A stretch of 64,000 bases of DNA from Octopus vulgaris. Lineage: Eukaryota. A model generated the notes under the pieces. The model saw nothing but the letters and a program-made list of their open reading frames with translations, had not been told where the DNA came from and ran no database searches. Position numbers and translations under genes: made by a program. The stretch spans positions 76,198,001 through 76,262,000 of the forward strand of contig OX597828.1 of the NCBI GenBank assembly GCA_951406725.2, written 5' to 3'. This document shows positions 57,103 to 64,000 of the stretch, in pieces. Position 1 is the stretch's first letter. Every line of letters starts with the position of its first letter.

Positions 57103-58508
57103 ATTATACAAGAATGTAATATATATATATATGTATATATATACATACATACACATATACGTACATTTAGAGTCAAACACAAAACATACTCACACGCACA
57201 CTGACACACACACACACACACATATATATCCTTTAATTATTCTGCTTCTTGTCATACACATTGTTCTTATTATTGGCCAAACGACGATAACATTCTGTTA
57301 ACAAAAGTAAATGACTCCGGTGATATTATAACCTTATGTCATAACATTAAATCCGGCCGTGCAATGTCCTTTACAGACCAATTAATTTAACAGAGCCGAG
57401 TGTCGGTATCAGGAGAGTTGCTTCATATTTATCCATATTGCAGTGACATTTCCAAATCAATGAGTTCCTACTTATATCACATGCTAATTACCGACAAACT
57501 AATCATCTCAAAACAGTTTGACATGTATTTCATCCAGCCTTTATTCACACAATACACCACATATGCAGACTCACTTATCTCTCTCAATCTCCCCCTCTCT
57601 CTCTCTCTCTGTATGTATCTATCTCTCTCTCTCTATATATATATATATGTATATATACATATATGTATATATATATATATGTATATATATGTAGGCATAT
57701 AGACATATGCATACAAATATATAAATAGATGTATATATGTATACACATGTCTAATATATATACATATATATATATATATAATATATACATAGCTATATAT
57801 ACATGTATATATATATATATAATTATACAAGAATTTAATATATATATATATGTATATATATACATACATACACATATACGTACATTTAGAGTCAAACACA
57901 CAAACATACTCACACGCACACACATGACACAATATACAGGCACACATGTATATGTTTTTTAATTATTCATATTTAGTCATACACATTGTTCTTATTAGGC
58001 CACAACGACGAATTTAACATTCTGTTAACATACCAGTAAATTTACTCGGGTGATATTATAACCTTATGTCATAACATTAAATCTCGTGACTTACGTGCAA
58101 TGTCCTTCTACTAGACCAATTAATTTAAAAATGAGCCGAGTGCTCATATTTTGAGAGTTGCTCTATTTATCCATATTGCATCACCAAACATGTACACACA
58201 CACACTTATATATACACACATATACATTATATATATTATATATATAATTTATATATCATGTATAGGTATAATTGTATATATATAGATATATATATACTTT
58301 ATTTAAAGCAGCAGGAAATTCAACAAAACCTGTTACTCTGAGTTTCACTACTTTTCACTACACCCTCCTATATATATATATATATATATATGAGTGTATA
58401 TACATATATGTATATATATATATATGTATATATATGTAGGCATATAGACACATGCTTACAAATATATAAATAGATGTATATATGTATACACATGTCTAAT
58501 ATATATAC

Positions 58509-58539
<31 letters not shown>

Positions 58540-59060
58540 CATAGCTATATATACATGTATATATATATATATATGCATTACTCATTTTCATCGACAAAGT
58601 ATGCTTATATATTATAACCGTAGGTAGATACACACATACACAAACATGTGCACACACACACACATATGTAAATATACAGGCACACATGTATATGTTTTTT
58701 ATTATTCATATTTAGCACAAGCAAGAGAGACACAAGGGTTGACAATTTAATGCATTGGGACATACCAGTAATTTAACGGGTTTCATCAAAGCCAATGGAC
58801 GAAAATCTCGTGACTTACTCTGTTGCTTCTGCTAAATATTAACGTTAAAAATGTACATCTGCTCATATTTTGAATTCTCTTTTCCTCGTTTGCATCACCA
58901 AACATGTACACACACACACATTATATATACACACATATACATTATATATATTATATATATAATTTATATATCATGTATATGTATAATTGTATATATATAG
59001 ATATATATATACTTTATTTAAAGCAGCAGAAAATTCAACAAAACCTGTTACTCTGAGTAT
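56490..59060. repeat. Locally duplicated and mosaic region
   Basis: TATAACCTTATGT block at ~56500, 57327, 58057; 57640-57975 resembles 58400-58715; 58180-58345 resembles 58890-59058. Confidence 0.7.
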
Positions 59061-59236
59061 CCCGTTGCCGTTCGTCGGACAGTTTTAGCAGAACCTGCCC
59101 GACGAACGGCAACGGGAAACTCAGAGTAACAGGTTTTGTTGAATTTTCTGCTGCTTTAAATAAAGCATATTACTCTACCACTGGTATTTGAGTACTCTTT
59201 TTTCCACCTTGTTTCACATTTATGTGTTTACTCCGG
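59011..59236 (+). mobile_element. Penelope-type inverted-arm element with hammerhead-like motif in each arm
   Basis: ~70-bp near-perfect inverted repeat 59012-59165 plus 3' extension; motif CUGU-CCGACGA-ACGGCAACGG-GAAACUCAGAGUA-ACAG (consensus of both arms). Confidence 0.7.
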
Positions 59237-59513
59237 TATATATATATATATATATATAGATATGCATTTTTTTCTCTCTCTTTATGTGTGTGTATATATA
59301 CATATGCGAACGATATATGTATTCATATGTACATACATACACATTTGCCATAAGGTTTTAAATTGCTAATAAGCGACCTACATTAAATATACATGGGGCT
59401 AAATACCAGAAACATACGTCCCACCGGGGACTGCCACATGTTGGCAAATAATCATTAGTTTAGAGTACTGTAACTGAATGGCTTTCGCTGAGAGATTTAG
59501 AAATAATAATTAG

Positions 59514-59545
<32 letters not shown>

Positions 59546-59608
59546 GTGAGTGTGTGTGTGTGTAAATGTATATATATATAATATATACAAATATATATTC
59601 ATATATAT

Positions 59609-59643
<35 letters not shown>

Positions 59644-59681
59644 CATATAAGCATATGTATATATATATATATATATATATT

Positions 59682-59856
59682 TGATTTGAAACCCTCACTA
59701 GAATGGGAGAAAGCGCTAATACATGATCTAAGTTATATGATGTATAAAAACATGTAATATACAAATGAATATCTGTAAATATAAACCGTCCGAATCTCTG
59801 AGTACCTCATTTCTTCTAATATAAAATACCTGTACATCATCTCCAAACCTTCCAAT
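59682..59856 (+). repeat. Interspersed repeat homologous to 40726-40902
   Basis: AGAATGG..GAAAGCGCTAATA..ATGATGTATAAAAACATGTAAT..CTGAGTACCTC..CATCTCCAAACCTTC shared. Confidence 0.8.
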
Positions 59857-59923
59857 ATATATATATATATATACACATATATATGTATCGTTATATATAT
59901 ATATATATATATATATGCGTGTG

Positions 59924-60008
<85 letters not shown>

Positions 60009-60295
60009 AGTTTCTGGCTTTTGGGTAAAGGAAGATACGAGAGGATCGTTCCCAAGCGGGACTGCTAGGAGATAATCAGTATAATATATTTCCATCTCAG
60101 ATTCACATAGTCATTGCAGCGGTCCTTCAGGTATTCTTAGTCCTGTAAAAGAGCTCCAAAATTTGCGCCTCCAACCAAGCGTTTCGCGACACCCAAAGGT
60201 CGGCGACTTTTCACTACACCCTCCTATATATATATATATATATATGAGTGTGTGTGTGTGTGTGTGTCTGTATTGATATAGATATATATAAATAC

Positions 60296-60600
60296 GCATG
60301 GCTCAGTGGTTCGAGCGTCGGATTTAGAATCATGAGGTAGTGAGTTTGATTCCAGGACAGGCCTGTCTGTTGTGTTCTTGAGCAAAACTCTTTATTTGAA
60401 ATTGCTCCAATTCACTCAGCTGTAGAAATGAGTTGTGATGTCACTGGAATCAGCCTTTGCCTTTCCCTTGGATAACGTTGGTGGCATGGAGACGCGAGGC
60501 CGATATACATGGGCGACTGCTGGGCTTCCATAAACAACTTTACTCAGACTTGTACCTCGGAGCAGAACTTTCTAGGTGCTACCTCAGGGAGTTCTTAGCC
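60296..60600 (+). mobile_element. tRNA-derived SINE family D, diverged
   Basis: A box TGGCTCAGTGG, B-box-like GAGTTTGATTCC, TGTGTTCTTGAGCAA block after the head. Confidence 0.65.
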
Positions 60601-60771
60601 ACTACACATGCTTTATATTGTCTCCTTGTTTCTTCGTGTGTTCCTTTCTGTGGAAGAGCGTAGGCTCGAAACGTTAAAAACTTTTCACTTCCCGAGCGTT
60701 AAACTAATACATCTGTTTGTTGTCTACACCACCTGTCTTCGCCTTTTGTTCTGTTTGTGAATTCTCCCTAA

Positions 60772-60828
<57 letters not shown>

Positions 60829-61649
60829 TGTGTCTGTGTGTGTGTATGTGTGTGCATGCGTGCATGTGTGTACGTATGTGTGCGTGTGTTTATATATATA
60901 TATATATATACGTATATATCTATATCTATCTCTCTATTTATCTATGTATCTATGTATGTATGTATATATCTATCTGTCTATCTATCTATCTAGCTAGCTA
61001 GTCATCTATTATATGGGTTATATCATAATACAGCATGTATATATGAGCGTGTGGCTGTATGCATGCACGAATGAAAATATGTTACGTGTTAGTCCTTGCT
61101 ATTAATAACACATGTCAGAACTCTACCTCCTCACGTTATAAACTGCAAACTCATCTACACGCAGACATGCAATGTATGTATGTATATTTCTAGGTATGAA
61201 TACATATGTATGCATGTATACCTCTCTATTATGCATCTCTATAACTCTCTGCGAATCTGTCTCGTGATTTCACGTTCTTTCTTGTCTCTGGCACACAAGA
61301 CCACTTCAGCAGACAATTGTAATTAATATGGAAGTACTAAAAGTGATGGAAATAGCTGTAATGAAAGGAAAACCTTTACAGAGGTTTGAGAAGATACTGC
61401 TAAATAGGTGAGGGAAGGGAGCATCGAAAGTTACTAGAAGCATTAAGCTGTATTAATTGCAATTTTATGCTGTAAATTGTAAATCAGTGGTTTACGGGGT
61501 TTTCATTAACAATCATGCCGAATCAGAACAAACGTGCGTATGTTTATTTTCTTGTGATAGTGTAACTATGTGTGAACGTACGCGTGTATTTGTATACATA
61601 CGTCTGTATGTGCAGACATATATGCATATATCCCAACACACACGAACAC

Positions 61650-61690
<41 letters not shown>

Positions 61691-61787
61691 GACACACACG
61701 TATATAGTATATACATATGCACAGAATGATTTATGTATTCTTGTACATATTTATATATATGTATATATACATACATACATACATACA

Positions 61788-61866
<79 letters not shown>

Positions 61867-62249
61867 GTATGTGTGTGTATGTGTGTGTGTGTATGAGTGC
61901 CGCATGATTCTGTACGTATGTGTGTACACACAGACATGCACACACGTATGTATTTTCCCCTATTGTTCTGTAACATAATCTCTGTTTCTCTCCTCCCTCT
62001 CTCCTCTTCAATCCCATTTTCGCAATATCTGTAGGATAGAAGTCCCTACTAATTACATCTCATTCTAATTAATTAATGCTGAAACCACTACGCTCTTATC
62101 AATATAGCAAATGGAGGAAAATGTATTATGTATTAGAAGCACGACATCCATATTATGTAACTAGAACACATACTCACAGATGCGTATATATTTATACATA
62201 CCTACACACGTTTACCAACAGAAACACTCAAACACACACACACACACAC

Positions 62250-62314
<65 letters not shown>

Positions 62315-62544
62315 ATATATATAGAATACTGAGAGCATTGCTCAGGGATATCTCTGCTAGTTATTTAAAATTTGAATACCTGCTATCAATCCATACTTTT
62401 ATATGTACATATACATACATACACACACACACAGATATATATATATATATATATTACATACAATATATATAATACATATATATACATAGATACATACATA
62501 CATATATTTACTAACCAACGTAATCACTTATGTTTATATATATT

Positions 62545-62588
<44 letters not shown>

Positions 62589-62598
62589 CCTATATAAT

Positions 62599-62649
<51 letters not shown>

Positions 62650-63212
62650 TAACGTGGATATTTACGCATTTACATAATTATATCAATATACAGAGGCTCA
62701 CTGCTTCATGACTACATAACTACACTATTGCCTAACCCTTACGAAAAATGTACAAACCTAGATACCTATATAATTAGATACTTATACAGACAGACACACA
62801 CACGCGTTGGAGTGAGTGAATGTATTATTGCGTATATGTATATGTACGTATGTACGCATGCAGACATAAATTAATTAGAACAGGCGTGCAATATTCACTT
62901 AAACCCACATATAATGCTTCTTGAAACTCTATGAGCAGAATCTGTAGCGACAACAGATTAATGAAAGACATTGATGATGATAGTAAGAGACAACATGGCC
63001 GACACCAAAGCAATATATATGTATGACTTTCTCTCTTCGTTGCTTGTCGGAACGTTATGCAAATTATATATGCAAGAATGGTATTTATTAGTGGTGGCGA
63101 CGTGAGAGCAATCTAAAGCAGTATTAAGTTACCTGCAGAATATCAATTAAAACAATGAGGATTACCAACGAATCGTGTGTATAAGGTACGGCATTATATA
63201 TTCAGAATTATC

Positions 63213-63264
<52 letters not shown>

Positions 63265-64000
63265 GCACGAACACAAACGAGCAGATACACATACATAGAG
63301 AGACTCACACACCCCTACACAAACACATATACACACACAAACTTAATGTCAAGGGTACATGTATATATATATATATATATAAACACATACATATATATAT
63401 ATATATATACATATATAAATACATATACATATACATATACAAATATATATATATATATATATACATATACATGTATATATATATATATATATATACATAT
63501 ACATACATATATATACATATATATACATATATATATGTATGCATGTATAAATACATAACATACAAACATACATGCATATCCGTAAAGTAAGTGAATTTTT
63601 ATATACAATACATTCTATAATTTACAGACACACAAACACACACACACAGGCATCTTCAATAATTTTCACATCTTTAAAGTTTATCTGTAAACTCACTATT
63701 AACGTTTACAATTAACGTCACTATGAACGTTTACAAAAATAGACACACAAATATAATTGTCGATATGCTTACGTACATGCAGAAAGTCACATGAGCCAAA
63801 GCATGTGAGCTTATACATACATACATACATACATGAACACATACATACATACGTACATACATACATACATACATGAATACATACGTACATACATACATAC
63901 ATACATACATACATACATACATGAATACATACGTACATACATACATACATACATACATGAATACATACATACATACATACATACATACATACATACATAC

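Overview
AT-rich, microsatellite-saturated animal genomic DNA. The SINE, Penelope and Dong/R4 repertoire points to an octopod cephalopod, most likely Octopus (inference). No host protein-coding exon could be supported; nearly all ORFs in the track are translations of (TA)n/(CA)n/(AAT)n tracts. Real coding content is transposon-derived: a near full-length R4/Dong-type RLE retrotransposon in (TAA)n (19779-23740) with a near-identical 5'-truncated copy (51480-52431) and a second subfamily fragment stacked behind it, a Neptune-type Penelope-like element (RT + GIY-YIG), a CR1/L2-type LINE, and Merlin and Tc1/mariner remnants. Non-coding elements include a Helitron, fold-back elements, several tRNA-derived SINE families and one 5S rRNA copy. 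Best leads: (1) several short non-autonomous elements with minimal hammerhead-ribozyme motifs in Penelope-style inverted-arm geometry, one with a tRNA/B-box-like remnant; (2) a full-length 5S rRNA fused to the 3' tail of the local CORE-type SINE; (3) a possibly intact Dong element whose two frameshifts both fall in homopolymers. One segment near 58 kb looks like an assembly consensus artefact.
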